A stretch of DNA of 64,000 bases, from the NCBI GenBank assembly GCA_951406725.2, contig OX597838.1:22816001-22880000 (forward strand), read 5' to 3'. The translations under genes and the position numbers were made by a program. Shown piece by piece: positions 25,388 to 37,435 of this stretch. Each line of letters starts with the position of its first letter. Position 1 is the first letter of the stretch. The notes below the pieces were generated by a model that was not told the DNA's origin, made no database searches, and worked only from the letters and a program-made list of their open reading frames with translations. Source of the stretch: Octopus vulgaris (taxonomy: Eukaryota).

Positions 25388-25860
25388 GAGTGAGAGAGCA
25401 GTGCATGCCATCAAGGTGACACTGGGGTAAAATATACAAAGCCCAGTATACCCATCATGACTACGCATCTGATAAGGGTACAATAGGCACATGCATCACA
25501 ACCATATGTGCGCGACATGGTGTTCTCATATCAAGATAAACAGCACATGACCTTGCAGGTGGGACCCAGTTAGAATTTTCTCCAGGTCGAGTAGCCTATC
25601 CCGCTCAACAGGTCCCTGAATAAGGTGTGTTTAAGGATGTTGAACAAAACATCCATATTTCCAGAGGTGAATTATTCAAACCCCAAAGAATTCCTCTCAA
25701 CACATGGCTATGATGCTCCCCCACTACTTCTGCTCGTGATCAGAGATGCACATATCGTCAGCCACTAAGGGACATGCTCAACTGGTTACGGTCAAACAAC
25801 TGACAAGCAAATCTGTGGTATTGAGCAGAATATTTGCTGTAGCCCATCTTTTATATGAAG
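25388..25860. mobile_element. interspersed repeat embedded in (TAT)n; partial copies at ~14530-14775 and ~59005-59170
   Basis: Shared TCTCAACACATGGCTATGATGCTCCC..ACTACTTCTGCTC block in three places. Confidence 0.6.
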
Positions 25861-26163
25861 ACACAGCAATGTTAATTATTATTATTATTATTATTATATT
25901 ATTATTATTAAAGTGGCAAGCTAGCAGAATCATTAATATGCAGAGCAAAATGTATAGCAGTATTTCAACTGTCCTTTACATTCTGAGTTCAAATTCCGCT
26001 GAGGTCGACTTTGCCTTTTATTCTTTCGGGGTCGATAAATTAAGTGCCAGTTGCGTACTGGGATCGATCTAATCAACTGGCCTCCTCCCCCAAAATTTCA
26101 GGCCTTGTGCCTAGAGTAGAAAAGATCTTAAGTCAGGTAAAAACACCTTAAGAAAGTACTCAC

Positions 26164-26235
26164 CTCCTTCAGAATCTGTGGGTTTAGGGTCATTAAAATT
26201 ATAGCTGAAGCACCTAACATCAATGCTCTTTTGAT
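26164..26235 (-). CDS. RNF215: RNF215-like exon 3 (IKRALMLGASAIILMTLNPQILKE)
   Basis: TTGCAG acceptor, GTGAGT donor, 72 nt; matches the recalled RNF215 motif RRALFLGASALLLLILN...RE. Confidence 0.85.
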
Positions 26236-26316
26236 CTGCAATGAAGAAAAACAAAAATGAAATGAGGGTTAGCGGTTAACTTCTGTAAGAGAGCGAATGC
26301 AAACCTGATGTAAATA

Positions 26317-27480
26317 TATGAGGTGGTATAAAAAATTTTCTGGACTAGTTCTGTAGCATGCCAACAGATGGCAGCACATGGTTGCATATGCAGGGAGAGC
26401 TAGCAGTGACCTTCATGAGGCAGTGTGCTGAGTGAAGTTGCTGTGTTTATTTTGTAAGTTGGGAAATTTGTGATTTTGCAAGATCATGTGTATGCTGTAG
26501 TCTGCGATTTTGTCATGGACAGGAAGTTGGAACAAAGAGCCAACATGAAATTTTTCTGTTAAATTTAGGAATCTGTTACAGAGACATTGAGTATGCTTGG
26601 GCAAGCTTATGGTGACAAGGCAATGGGTCGTATACCACGTTTTGAGGGGCATGGGAGCTTCAAAAGCAGAAAAGCATCTCCAGGTGAGCTGGCAGAAACA
26701 TTAGCACGCCAGGTGAAATGCTTAGAGGTATTTTGTCTACCACTATATTCTGAGTTCAAATTCCGCCGAAGTCGACTTTTTCATCCTTTCGGAGTCGATT
26801 AAAAAAGTACCAGTTATGCACTGGGGTCGATATAATCGACTTAATCCATTTGTCTGTCCTTGTTTGTCCCCTCTATGTTTACCCCTTGTGGGCAATAAAG
26901 AAATAAGAAACATTAGCATGCTGGGCGAAATGCTTAGAGGTATTTCGTCTGCAGTTACATTCTGAGTTCAAATTCTGCCGAGGTCAACTTTGCCTTTCAT
27001 CCTTTCAGGGTCGATAAATTAAGTACCAGTTACGCATTGGGGTTGATGTAATCGACTTAATCTCTTTGTCTGTCCTTGTTTGTCTCCTCTATGTCTAGCC
27101 TCTTGTGGGCAATAAAGAAATAAGAAAAGCATCCCTAGGTGATGATGAGCAATCTGGAAGACCTGCCATGAGTGTTACTCCTGAAAATTTGGTATTGTGC
27201 AATGACAATTCATCCCCCATGGACCGACTGTCAATCAAGAGTTTTACTGCAAGGTTTTGAAGAATCTGAGGGAGGACATTTGGAAAAAGCGACCGGATCT
27301 GTGGAGCCCTAAGAATTGGGTTCTTCAAAACCACAATGCACCCTGTCGCCAAGTTCTCCTTGCTTGTGAGTTTCTCACCAAAAACAACATGGCATCACTT
27401 CCACACCTGTCCTATTTGCTAGATTTACCACCTCTTCACTAAGAGGAAAATGCAGCTCAAAAGGTTGCTGTTTTAACAGC
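26317..27480 (+). mobile_element. degenerate mariner element interrupted by a tandem Nin-type SINE pair (~26680-27125)
   Basis: EQRANMKF..., MLGQAYGD.AM, LREDIWKKRPDLW...HNAP...LPH..Y..DL.P remnants. Confidence 0.7.
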
Positions 27481-27888
27481 ATTGTCAAGACATGGTAGCC
27501 TGGGGTAGTTATCTACCTGGCCAGCCCCTCCTAACCGTCCTACCCATCTATGCATGGAAGACAGATGTTAAACAATGATGTTGCTGATGGTATATATATA
27601 TGCATATATGTGGCAAATAAGTAAATTGAGGAGAACAATAGGTGGTTCATCAACTTTTGGACATTAAAATGTTAACTTATTTATTTATTAAACTGATAAT
27701 TATAATAACATACATATATATAACATATTGTTCTTTACATATAAGATATAAGATATAAAATATAGTAATATATAAGGATACCAGTAATTATTATAAAAAA
27801 CATGAATATAAATTGGTAAAATAACTTACAGCTGTTTCAGCCAATAGATAAAAATACCTCATTCTACCATAATGGAAGAGACGCCTAC

Positions 27889-28083
27889 CTTATCAATCAC
27901 AGAACAGTTTCTTTTCCGGTCTTTACTGGACAGAACATTGGAAGAAGAAGAATCAGAGGAGGAGGAAGAAGAAGAAGAAGAAGTATTTGAGTAATACAAC
28001 AGTCCGATCCAGCCCTTTGGATAGTTCATCATGACCTTCTCGTTGTCTCCTTCGTCTGTAATAGGGTCACAGCTTGGATTGAT
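27889..28083 (-). CDS. RNF215: RNF215-like exon 2 (INPSCDP...KGWIGLLYY...CSVIDK)
   Basis: TTTCAG acceptor, GTAGGC donor, 195 nt, phase 0/0; GWIGLL is typical of PA domains. Confidence 0.75.
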
Positions 28084-28282
28084 CTGAAAGGGTGCAAAAG
28101 AAATAGTGTTACCATCATCAGTTGAACTACCATCACTATCATCATCATCAATAACACAATCAACATTGCAATCAGCAATGCTGTTGTTGTTGTCGATGTT
28201 GTTTTAAATTGTCAAAATCCAGTGTCTTCCAGTATTTGTAGCCTTTTATGTGCTCTGCTCAGCTCAGCCGATCTCTAACTGT

Positions 28283-28690
28283 GAGGGGTAACCCGTGGAA
28301 GAGGTAGACCCAGGAAAACGTGGGATGAAGTGGTGAAGCACGATCTTCGAATGATGGGCCTCGTGGAGGCAATGACAAGCAACCGTGATCTTTGGTGATA
28401 TTCCACGCTTGAGAAGAATTGCCAAGCCAAGCAAAATCATAGTCATGACCGACGCTGGTACCACGTAACGGGTACCCATGACGGTGGCGCATAAATGCAC
28501 CCATACCAGTGACACGCAAGAGGTATTCACTACACTCTCGGAGTGGTTGGCATTGGGAAGAGCATCCAGCCATAGAATCCATTCCAAATCAGACTGGGGC
28601 CTGATGCAGCTCTTTAGCTTACCAGTTCCAGTTAAACCGCCTAACCCATTCCAGCATGGAAATCAGACGTTAAATGGTGATGATGATGGT
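28283..28690 (+). mobile_element. RTE-clade LINE 3' end with (GAT)n tail; source of the abundant GAGTGGTTGGCGTTAGGAAGGGCATCCAGC repeats
   Basis: GRGRPRKTWDEVVKHDL..W followed by a 3' UTR also seen at ~2205-2660(-), 13865-14190(-), 20690-20940(-), 41660-41912(+), 45050-45322(+) and 53740-54059(+). Confidence 0.75.
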
Positions 28691-29124
28691 CAACATCATC
28701 AGCATAACCATTACCATCAACACCGGCACCATTGGCATAAAAACCACCATCCCTACTATACCCAAAATTTTAACCATTATCCATCATACTCAAAGCTATT
28801 ACAACTATATCAGCATCATCATCATCATCATCATCATCATTGGTATTGATACATCGATTGGAAAGCATTTTTTTATTATTATTATTATTGTTATTATATT
28901 GACCACAAGATCTCAATGAACTGATTTACATGAAGAGAACAGACACGAAAAGATGGGGTTAACAGCGATCAAGAGGGGAAACAATAAAGGATATAACAAA
29001 AAGATATAAAAATAGGATTCAGAAAAATAAATAAATAAAATCAGCAATAACGAGATAGTCCATGTGGGGTTAATTCGGGAGAGAGGGGAAAACCACAGAA
29101 AAAAAAGTCCCAGATTTAATCTGC

Positions 29125-29870
29125 TGAAGAAGAAGAATTGAAGGAGGTGGTGGTGGTGGAGGAGGAGGAGGAGGAGGAGAAGAAGAAGAAGAAGAAGAAG
29201 AAGAAGAAGAAGAAGAAGAAGAAGAAGAATTAAGAAGAATTAAGGAGGAGGTGGTGAAGAAGAAGTGGAGTGAAGAGGAGGAGGGGTGAAGAAGAAGAGG
29301 AGGAGGAGTGAAGAAGAAGAATTAAGGAAGAGGAGGTTGTGGTGGTGGTAGTGGAGAAGAAGAATTAAGGAGGAGGTGGTGGTGAAGAAGGAGAGTGAAG
29401 AGGAGGAGGGGGTGAAGAAGAAGAGGAGGAAGAGGAGGAGGAGTGAAGAAGAAGAATTAAGGAGGAGGTGGTGAAGAAGGGGAGTGAAGAGGAGGTTGTG
29501 GTGGTGGTGGTGGTGGAGAAGAAGAATTAAGGAGGAGGTGGTGGTGGTGGTGAAGAAGGGAGTGAAGAGGAGGGGGAGGGGTGAAGAAGAAGAATTAAGG
29601 AGGAGGTGGTGGTGGTGGTGAAGAAGGGGAGTGAAGAGGAGGGGGAGGGGTGAAGAAGAGGAAGAGGAGGAGGAGTGAAGAAGAATTAAGGAGGAGGTGG
29701 TAGTGGTGGTGGAGAAGAATTAAGGAGGAGGTGGTGGTGGTGAAGAAGAGGAGTGAAGAGGACGAGGAGGAGAAATGAAGAAGAGGAGGAGGAGGGGTGA
29801 AGAAGAAGAAGAAAAGGAGGAGGAGGAGTGAAGAAGAAGAAGTGGAGAAGGAGGGGGTGAAGAAGAAGAA
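29125..29870. repeat. purine-rich (GAA/GAG/GTG) compound repeat
   Basis: Direct reading; recurrent GAAGAAGAATTAAGGAGGAGGTGGTG module. Confidence 0.9.
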
Positions 29871-29888
29871 CCAAACAATGCAACTCAC

Positions 29889-30707
29889 TCTGTAAAGGGT
29901 GCCTTGAGTTGCTTTCACGTTGCCTGCCTCCGAATATGTGCCTTCCACCCGGATTGTGTACCCGGGGTGGGTAGACTTGCTGACTTCATTTGAATTTTGT
30001 TGGCGTCGTAGTTGTCGTCGAATTGACTTACTTCGACTGTTTCTGATGCTATTGTTGCTTACATTGCTTTTGCTATTGTTGTTGTTGTTGGTGGTGGCGG
30101 CGGCAGTTGTGGCGATGGCGTAACTGGGATCATTGTTGTTGTTGTTCTTGTTTTTATTCGCATTGTGGTGGTGGTAGTTGTTTTCTTTGTTGTTGTTGTT
30201 GTCGTCGTCGTCCTCGTTTTTCGGAGATTCGAAACTCCGACTCGTTAATATCACATCTGACGTGGATCTCTCTCCTTCTGTATCGAAATTTGATGATGAC
30301 GATGATGATGATGACGACGATGACGACGACGACGATGACGATGACGGTGATGATGATGACGAAGAAGAGTTGGAGTCGGAACCAGAATTAGATCCAGCTT
30401 CATGTTCGGGCCCAGGTCCGGTTTCGGATGCAGACCCGGACTGCGGTTGGGCCGCGGAGTCGTGGGGCATTTGTATGTTGACGTAGGCAGTCCGGTCCAT
30501 ATCGTTGGCCAGACTTACGGGTACCGTGCAGAGAAAGAGCAGAATGCAGAGATGCGATGCCAGCTGAAGGTAGTGCACGGTCCTTGGGTGATGAAACCAC
30601 CAACCGTACGGCCGGAGGTTGATCCATTGTCCACTGTTCTGAGTGACTAGCTGAGAAAATACCGAACTAACTGAGTGTAAACCCGTATCGTCACCAACGA
30701 CAGCCAT
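29889..30707 (-). CDS. RNF215: RNF215-like PA-TM-RING E3 ligase, coding exon 1 (hydrophobic signal/TM segment, poly-Ser/Asn low complexity, start of PA domain)
   Basis: ATG at 30707 (context AAAATGG); open to ...GTLYR|GTGAGT donor at 29888; 819 nt, phase 0. Hydrophobic HLCILLFLCTVPVSLA; YTIRVEGTYSEAG...QGTL resembles a PA-domain start. Confidence 0.75.
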
Positions 30708-32435
30708 TTTGGAGTGGAGTTAAGTCGAGAAACGAAAACAAACAATTGGCCTCGCTACCAGCTGGCTTCTTTAAGTCAATGTGTGTATGTCTATATACCC
30801 GTTCAGTTGTGCGTATGCACCTTGTCTGTTAGCCTGAGTCTATGTGTATCTGTTTGACAGGCTATCTATCTAGCGGTCTATGTACGTCTGTCTGTCAAAC
30901 TAATTGTCCTTCAGACTTTATGAGTCAGCCTGTTGGCTTTTGTGTCTAGCTATCCGTCTGTATACCCGCTTTTCTCCGTGTGATCTGTTAGTCTGCCGTT
31001 GTTGCTTAACCCTAGGTCGACTCTCACTGGGTAGACCTATGATTAAAGGCGTTCCAACCGTGACCATTGTCGCTTTTTGTATATCAGGGACTACATTGCC
31101 CAATATGTCGGGGATTTGTTTTATTATTTGTTATTGTTTCGTTTGTTTTGTTGTTGTTTTTCAGACAATAAAGCGTATCAAGCGGGTAAAATGACCAAGT
31201 AGCGATTCCGTAGTTGGCTCGCTGGTAAGTGTGTGTGTGTTTGCGTGAGAGAGAGAGAGAGTCTTGTCAGTCTCCCTATATGTCGGGACGCATAAATGTC
31301 AATTTGTCAGTCTATCTACTTATCAGTCTATTTATCGATCTATTTACATGTCTTGTCTGTCTCTATTCTTTTTCTTTTACTGCTTAGCTAGCTAGGTAGC
31401 CGTCTACGTATCTAAATATCCACGTCTACCACGGTACTTCCCCCTGCTTGTCCACCTCTCTGCCAATCAATTTTATCTGTCATTCTATGTGTGTATGTGT
31501 GTGTGTCTTTGTGTATGTGCATGTAAGTATGAGTGTGTGTTTGTGTATGTGCATATGAGTATGAGAGTGTGTGTGTGTGCTTGTACGTGCGTCTATCAAT
31601 GTGTGTCTGCAAGCGCCTTATCTTATATATCAGTTTGTCTTTCTGTCCGGTCTGTGTCTGTATGCATGCGTAGATTTATGTATGTGTGTGTGTGTACGCG
31701 TACGTACACTTATTTCTGCGTATGTGTGTGTATATATATATATATATATATAATGTCAATCTATGCAAATTTGTATGTCGTCTCTCTCTCTCACTCAGCA
31801 GACATGTGTGAATAAATAGGTAAATAAATAGATAAATAGATACACAAACATATATAAATGTCACTTTGTGTGTATCCGGATTATGCTGTTTTCTTACAGT
31901 CTTTTCGTGCCTCCAGAATAATGCCAATATTTGGTAAACAACAGGGGAAATCTGTTGGTGGTGTATTGTTGCGTCGTTGTTGTTGTTATGACTTGGTCCA
32001 CCAAGGGAGATAATGCATCCGGTTGAATAACTGTACATAATAGTAATTAAAAGGGATGGGAGGAACAGGACGATTGGAGTTATCTTCCTTGTTTTTTTTT
32101 CTTCTGTTGATTAAATTATCAACATCTGTTTATCATTTTCTTCCTTTTCTTTTTGTTTTTCTGTTTCTGTCTTTGTTAATTTCTATTTCTATTCAAATCT
32201 ATTATTTGTTTCAGTCGTTAGAGTGCGGCCTTGCTGAGAAGAATTTTTAGCCGAATGAATTGACCCTCTCCCAGTACTTTTTTTTTTTTAATAGTTTTTT
32301 TTTTAAAGCCTTCTACTTATTCTATCGGTGACTTTTGTCGAACCGCTTGATTACGGGTACAGAAACACCTATACCGGTTGTCAAGCATTTGTGTGAGACA
32401 AACACAGACACAAAGAGACACACACACACACGTAT

Positions 32436-32495
<60 letters not shown>

Positions 32496-32496
32496 G

Positions 32497-32528
<32 letters not shown>

Positions 32529-32691
32529 TAGGTAGGTAGATAGATAGATAGATAATTAGGTAGGTAGGTATATAGATAGATAGATAGATAATTATGTAGG
32601 TAGATAGATAGATAATTAGCTAGGTAGAAAGATAGATAGATAGATAATTAGGTAGAAAGATAGATAGATAATTAGGTAGATAGATAGATAG
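32436..32691. repeat. (GATA)n microsatellite
   Basis: Direct reading. Confidence 0.95.
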
Positions 32692-33156
32692 TGGTTACTT
32701 GAGTTAGAGGTTAAAATAACTGTCTAAGGAATAGAAGTATCCATTACACTACCAGTATATTACCTATATTTAACCATGGGCATACATATGCAAACTTATG
32801 TTCATAAGTTATATGTGAAGACAAGGATAAACATAGGTTTCTCAAGAATCAAAGTTTAAAGAAAACAGAAAATGGAGAACTACTGATGAACAACAATTGA
32901 CTTTACATCAATTATTATTTATTAATTCAATGCAAATAGACTGCATCCCATCTAACAGCTGTTTCTGCTTCCAAAGTTGTATGTTTTTTTTTTTCTTTAT
33001 GATGTAAGTGGTGTAACTTTAGGAAATTAAAAAGTTCAACACTGAAAAGGAAATTTGTACTGCAACATTAGACAAAATATCTGGCAAGTTTAGGGTTGGA
33101 TGTGACCTGGATTTCTGAATTTTCCGGTTTTCTGGAGAGGTTCTAATATATATAGA

Positions 33157-33804
33157 AGGAGACACTGATGGTCCTATGGAAAACATTCGTCCTCAGCCGT
33201 TTGGACTACTGCTCCCAACTATGGTCACCACACAATATAAAACTAACAGCAGAACTCAAAGCAATTCAGAGAAGCTACACAAAGAAAATCGTCTCAATGC
33301 AAAATATCAGCTACTGGGAAAGACTGAAGGTATTAAACCTCTTCTCCCTAGAGTGGAGGTGGGAGAAATATGCGGTGATATACATCTGGAAAATCCTGGA
33401 GGGTCTTGTCCCAAACTTTGGCATTCAAAGTTACCCCAACCGCAGAACGGGGCGCCACTGCATGGTGCCAAAGATTCCAACATCACCATCAAAATACAGG
33501 TCCAGATACTGCAACAGCTTGGTTTTCAGAGGACCACAGCTCTTTAACATTCTCCCTAAATGCCTGAGAGACTTACATGGTGTGGATGTGGGTTTCTTTA
33601 AAACTAAACTGGATCTCTTCTTGTCGGGAGTCCCAGATGAACCTACCTCACGACAGGAGACGCAGATGCGGGCAGCAGCGTCGAACTCCCTTGTTGATCA
33701 AGTGCTACGTATCAGAGGTGGATTCACATATTAGTGTAGCTCATTCAGCGGTGGTGCCCCAGCATGGCTGTGGCCTCCGGGCTAGAACATTTTTAAGGAT
33801 TTAA

Positions 33805-33805
<1 letters not shown>
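33157..33805 (+). mobile_element. 5'-truncated CR1/L2-group LINE (post-RT C-terminus + 3' UTR), inserted in (TA)n
   Basis: LSRLDYCSQLWSP...YWERLKVLNLFSLE...IWKILEG; intact 188-aa frame; flanked by TA repeats. Confidence 0.85.
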
Positions 33806-33843
<38 letters not shown>

Positions 33844-33875
33844 CTTTGTGTGAGTGAGTGTGTGTGTGCGTGCAT

Positions 33876-34093
33876 ACAAGGGGCGCTGAAAAGTTCCTGG
33901 CTTTGGGTAAAAGAAAATACAAGAGGACCAGTTAATTAGGATTTTATTAAACATATTCCCCTCTCAGGTTCACACACTTATTGCAGTGGTCGTTCAGTTT
34001 TTCTAAGCCCTGTAAACAAGTTCGGAAGGTTGGGCCTCCAATCAGCCCTTTCGTGATACCCTTAAAGCCAGGAACTTTTCAGCCCCCCTCATA
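33876..34093. mobile_element. mariner-type MITE (further copies at ~49375-49593, 49607-50190, 53320-53445)
   Basis: TIRs TA-CAAGGGGCGCTGAAAAGTTCCTGGCTTT / AAAGCCAGGAACTTTTCAGCCCCCCTCA-TA. Confidence 0.75.
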
Positions 34094-34938
34094 TACATAT
34101 CTTTGCTTTTCTTCCTCTTGTCCTTCTTCCTATCTTTCTCTCTCTCTCCCTTTCTCCAAAAAACAAAATTTCTTCTTTCGTTTTTGGATTTGGTTTGCAA
34201 GATTCTTTATGTGAGTTCGTGTGTTGAAGCATATTCTGTTGTGTTTGGGGAGAGTAATTTTCTTTTTGTGCCTTATAATTTAACACACTATTGAAAAGGC
34301 TGCAAGACGCAACGAAAATTTTAGGAAAATGAAAATAAGAAATAAGTGGAAATTTTACCGGTGAACGTGTTACATTATAAGTCACAAAAAGAAAATTACT
34401 CTCCCCTGACACAACAAATTTTTTTCTCTTCTAGACAAAACAAAACATCTTTTCAATCCATATAAAAGGCAGAAGAAATTTTCTATGCATTATCTTGATT
34501 ATATTCGAATGAACGAATGAAAGCGCTAATAAAGAATTATCTGAAATTCTGACTGCCTCCTTCTTAATACACAGTATATTAATACACCACTTAAAACTCT
34601 CTCTCTCTTTACATATAATCAAAATAAGCAACAGGATATCAAATAGTGATGCTGTATGACCATTCCAAGTAACTCCATTTAATTGAACAATGCAATCAAT
34701 TTAACATCAATTTAAGTGCAATGCCATCTTCAGCTGCACAAATAAATAAATAAATAGAATTTTAAAAATAGGACACATTAATATAAATTTTCTTTAAAAT
34801 TTTAACAGAATAAGATGGAAGAAATTCATCCTGCTATTGTAGCTAAGAATAGACTACAATTTATATATGTATATATATATCACTCTCTATTTGTATCACA
34901 TCGAAACTAACTATAACTTAATTTTTTTCTCTCACACC

Positions 34939-34990
34939 GTCTCCGATGAAGGGATATTATTAATTAATATCCTAGAAACAGCTGTAAGAC
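34939..34990 (+). ncRNA. minimal type I hammerhead ribozyme motif (Penelope-like), U4C variant
   Basis: gtct-CCGATGA-a-gggatatta/taatatcct-a-GAAA-cagctGTA-agac: stems I and II pair, stem III is the palindrome ACAGCTGT. Confidence 0.6.
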
Positions 34991-35879
34991 CTTCTATCTA
35001 TAAATGCTCTAATATCTATACAGCCTTGATTTTTTTATCTCATTACGCAAAACAATTCTTATATACACACACTGACATAGAACCAACGTTGAACCCTTTA
35101 TTTGCAATATTACCAAATCTGGAACTTAACTATGGTCTGTCTATAGCACTTACTCAGCATTACCTGACACCTTTGGGTCTCAATAACACCATTATCTCTT
35201 ATATATATACATATATATATATATATGTATATATATATATTGGCCTGCTCGCTTAGCCAGTGGGGTGGCGTCATTCGAAGGCTAAAACAATGCGAACGCA
35301 TTGTGACCAGCGATGTGTAACAACATCTGATGGTCTGGTCGGTCACGTAAAAAAAAAATATATATATATATATAATAGATAGATATAGATATATATGGTG
35401 GGTTTCTAGTTTAAGCATCCCATATAACCTCTCATAACCTTTTAAGTTTTTGGAATTTTTAGAAAAATTTTGAGAACTTCTGTTCTACACACAGCAATTC
35501 ATACGACTGAGAAAAAATTAACTCCCTTCCCCACGAATTTGCACTCTTTTCTTAATTTTTTACGGAGATGTACTTGCATAGCAAGTGACCTGATCTGAGA
35601 GCGTGTGCTGGAACGAATTGTGTTTCTTAAATGGTTTATATACACCTTCCATGCTGCAATTGTCTTAATTTTTTTCTTTTTTATTAAATCACAGTTTGAA
35701 ATACGGACAATCCGGAATTTTTGTTTAAATGCCAATAATGATCCACCGTTGGGTGAATCATTATTCCATTAAATGTGTTTAAGGGGATGAGAAAGAAGCG
35801 AGGAAGTACCAGAAGGTCGAGTGATGTGCTAAAAATAACAGCTTATTTAATTTTTTTTTCTCTTTGTAGCATAATCGTA

Positions 35880-36350
35880 TGAATTCCTGTGCGTAGATCA
35901 CAAATTCGCGAAAATTTTCTGCGAATTCCAAAAAAAATATAATAAAAACGAGGTGCTTAAAGCCAGAATTCCGTCTTCCCGGATTTCTGGAAGCCGGATA
36001 AGAGATCCGGCACTGTATTGACATTTCATAATTGACTTCGTCAATCCAAACACAACTTCCTTAAAATCTGGTCTTCCGCCGGTGTTCAACGTAATTTTGC
36101 TCCGTCTTACGTTTCGGCTGTAAAGACGAACGTACGCCAGCTGCAAAATATTGACGATTTGTTTACTCGTTATGAGTTAACAACGATTGTCGGTCGTGTA
36201 TTGACGTCATTTTTGTTTTTTTCATTGTTTCACTGTACCATTAGTTTTATCGTTAGTTAGTCGCCATCAATATCGTCATATAATTGTCCACCTAAACAAC
36301 TGTTAACTAAACATTCATGACCAGACCAACATGTGACGGAAACAGCCGAT
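35880..36350. promoter_or_regulatory. CpG-enriched putative promoter between the divergent RNF215-like and ARMC5 genes
   Basis: Local CpG enrichment, CRE palindrome TGACGTCA at ~36202, several CCGG/GGAA sites. Confidence 0.4.
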
Positions 36351-37435
36351 AACAACCCCGCTCACTCATTCTCTCTCACACTTATCCTCTACTTCTCTAT
36401 TTTCTCTCTTTTCATCCTGTTTCTCTTTCTTTATCCTCCTCTCATTTTTTCGTCACCTTCCTCCTTCTATCTTACTCCCTTTATTCTTTTTCTCCATCCT
36501 CACCTACCTCTTTCTCATTCTGTATCTCCTCTTTACCTCTCTCTCTCTCTCTCTGTTTTATTACTTTCTCCACCCTCCCCTCATTTTTCGCTTTGCACTT
36601 TCTCCATCCTCCCCTTCAGTGTGCCGATACTTTCTTCACCTTTCCCTTCCTCTCTCTTTCCTCTTTTCCTCTTTCTTATCCTCCTACTCATTCCTTAACT
36701 CCCCATCTCTCCTCTCTTCCTCCTACTCAAGCTTTTCGCTTCTTCCCTCTTCTCTCTCTCTCCTCCCCCTCTCTCTGTGTCTATCTTCCTTTCTATCTAC
36801 CAAGCCTCGTTCTCGACCACTAGTGGTGCTGTTATAACGTGTTGTTCCAGCTCCGCACTCACAATCCATCATCAACAACCGGCGAAAATGGAGTCTAATA
36901 AACCCCCGTTATTGTGATTAACTCTTGTCTCCTGGCCGCTGGCTTGCTTTGGCCTGGCCCCCACTTGCTTAAATGCCTGATACGTGTAGATGACACCACC
37001 ACGCATAAGACACAACATACACACTCACACACACATATATATATATAAATAGATATACATTATACTTTAAGTCTGTTGAGGCGACTAAGTCTAGCGTAGG
37101 GTTCACTACTATGTGGACCTTTTTATTTCTTTTGCCCGCCAATCCTTTTAAATAATGTGGTATCTATGACCCCACCAGCTCGTATCGACAGAGCAGCAGG
37201 CGAGCCTCATCTGAGCTTTTATAAACTTCATATAGTTTAACCCTTGTGATACGTCTATACACACACCAATACTTAATGCGACCTTTCTAGTCCTTCAGTA
37301 ACAAGATATATATTTATACACACACACATACACACACACTATGGACATTGCACATTTCTACATTTCTGTGCCATTTACGTATATTCATTGTTAAAGGCAG
37401 TTGAAGAATTCGTGTAACGAACGACATACGAGAAC

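Noticed and set aside
29595-29888. Hydrophobic C-terminal tail of the 370-aa ORF
   Set aside because: Read-through past the GTGAGT donor into an intronic simple repeat.
35898-36146. 82-aa minus-strand ORF in the promoter region
   Set aside because: No recognisable homology; more likely promoter/UTR or transposon remnant.
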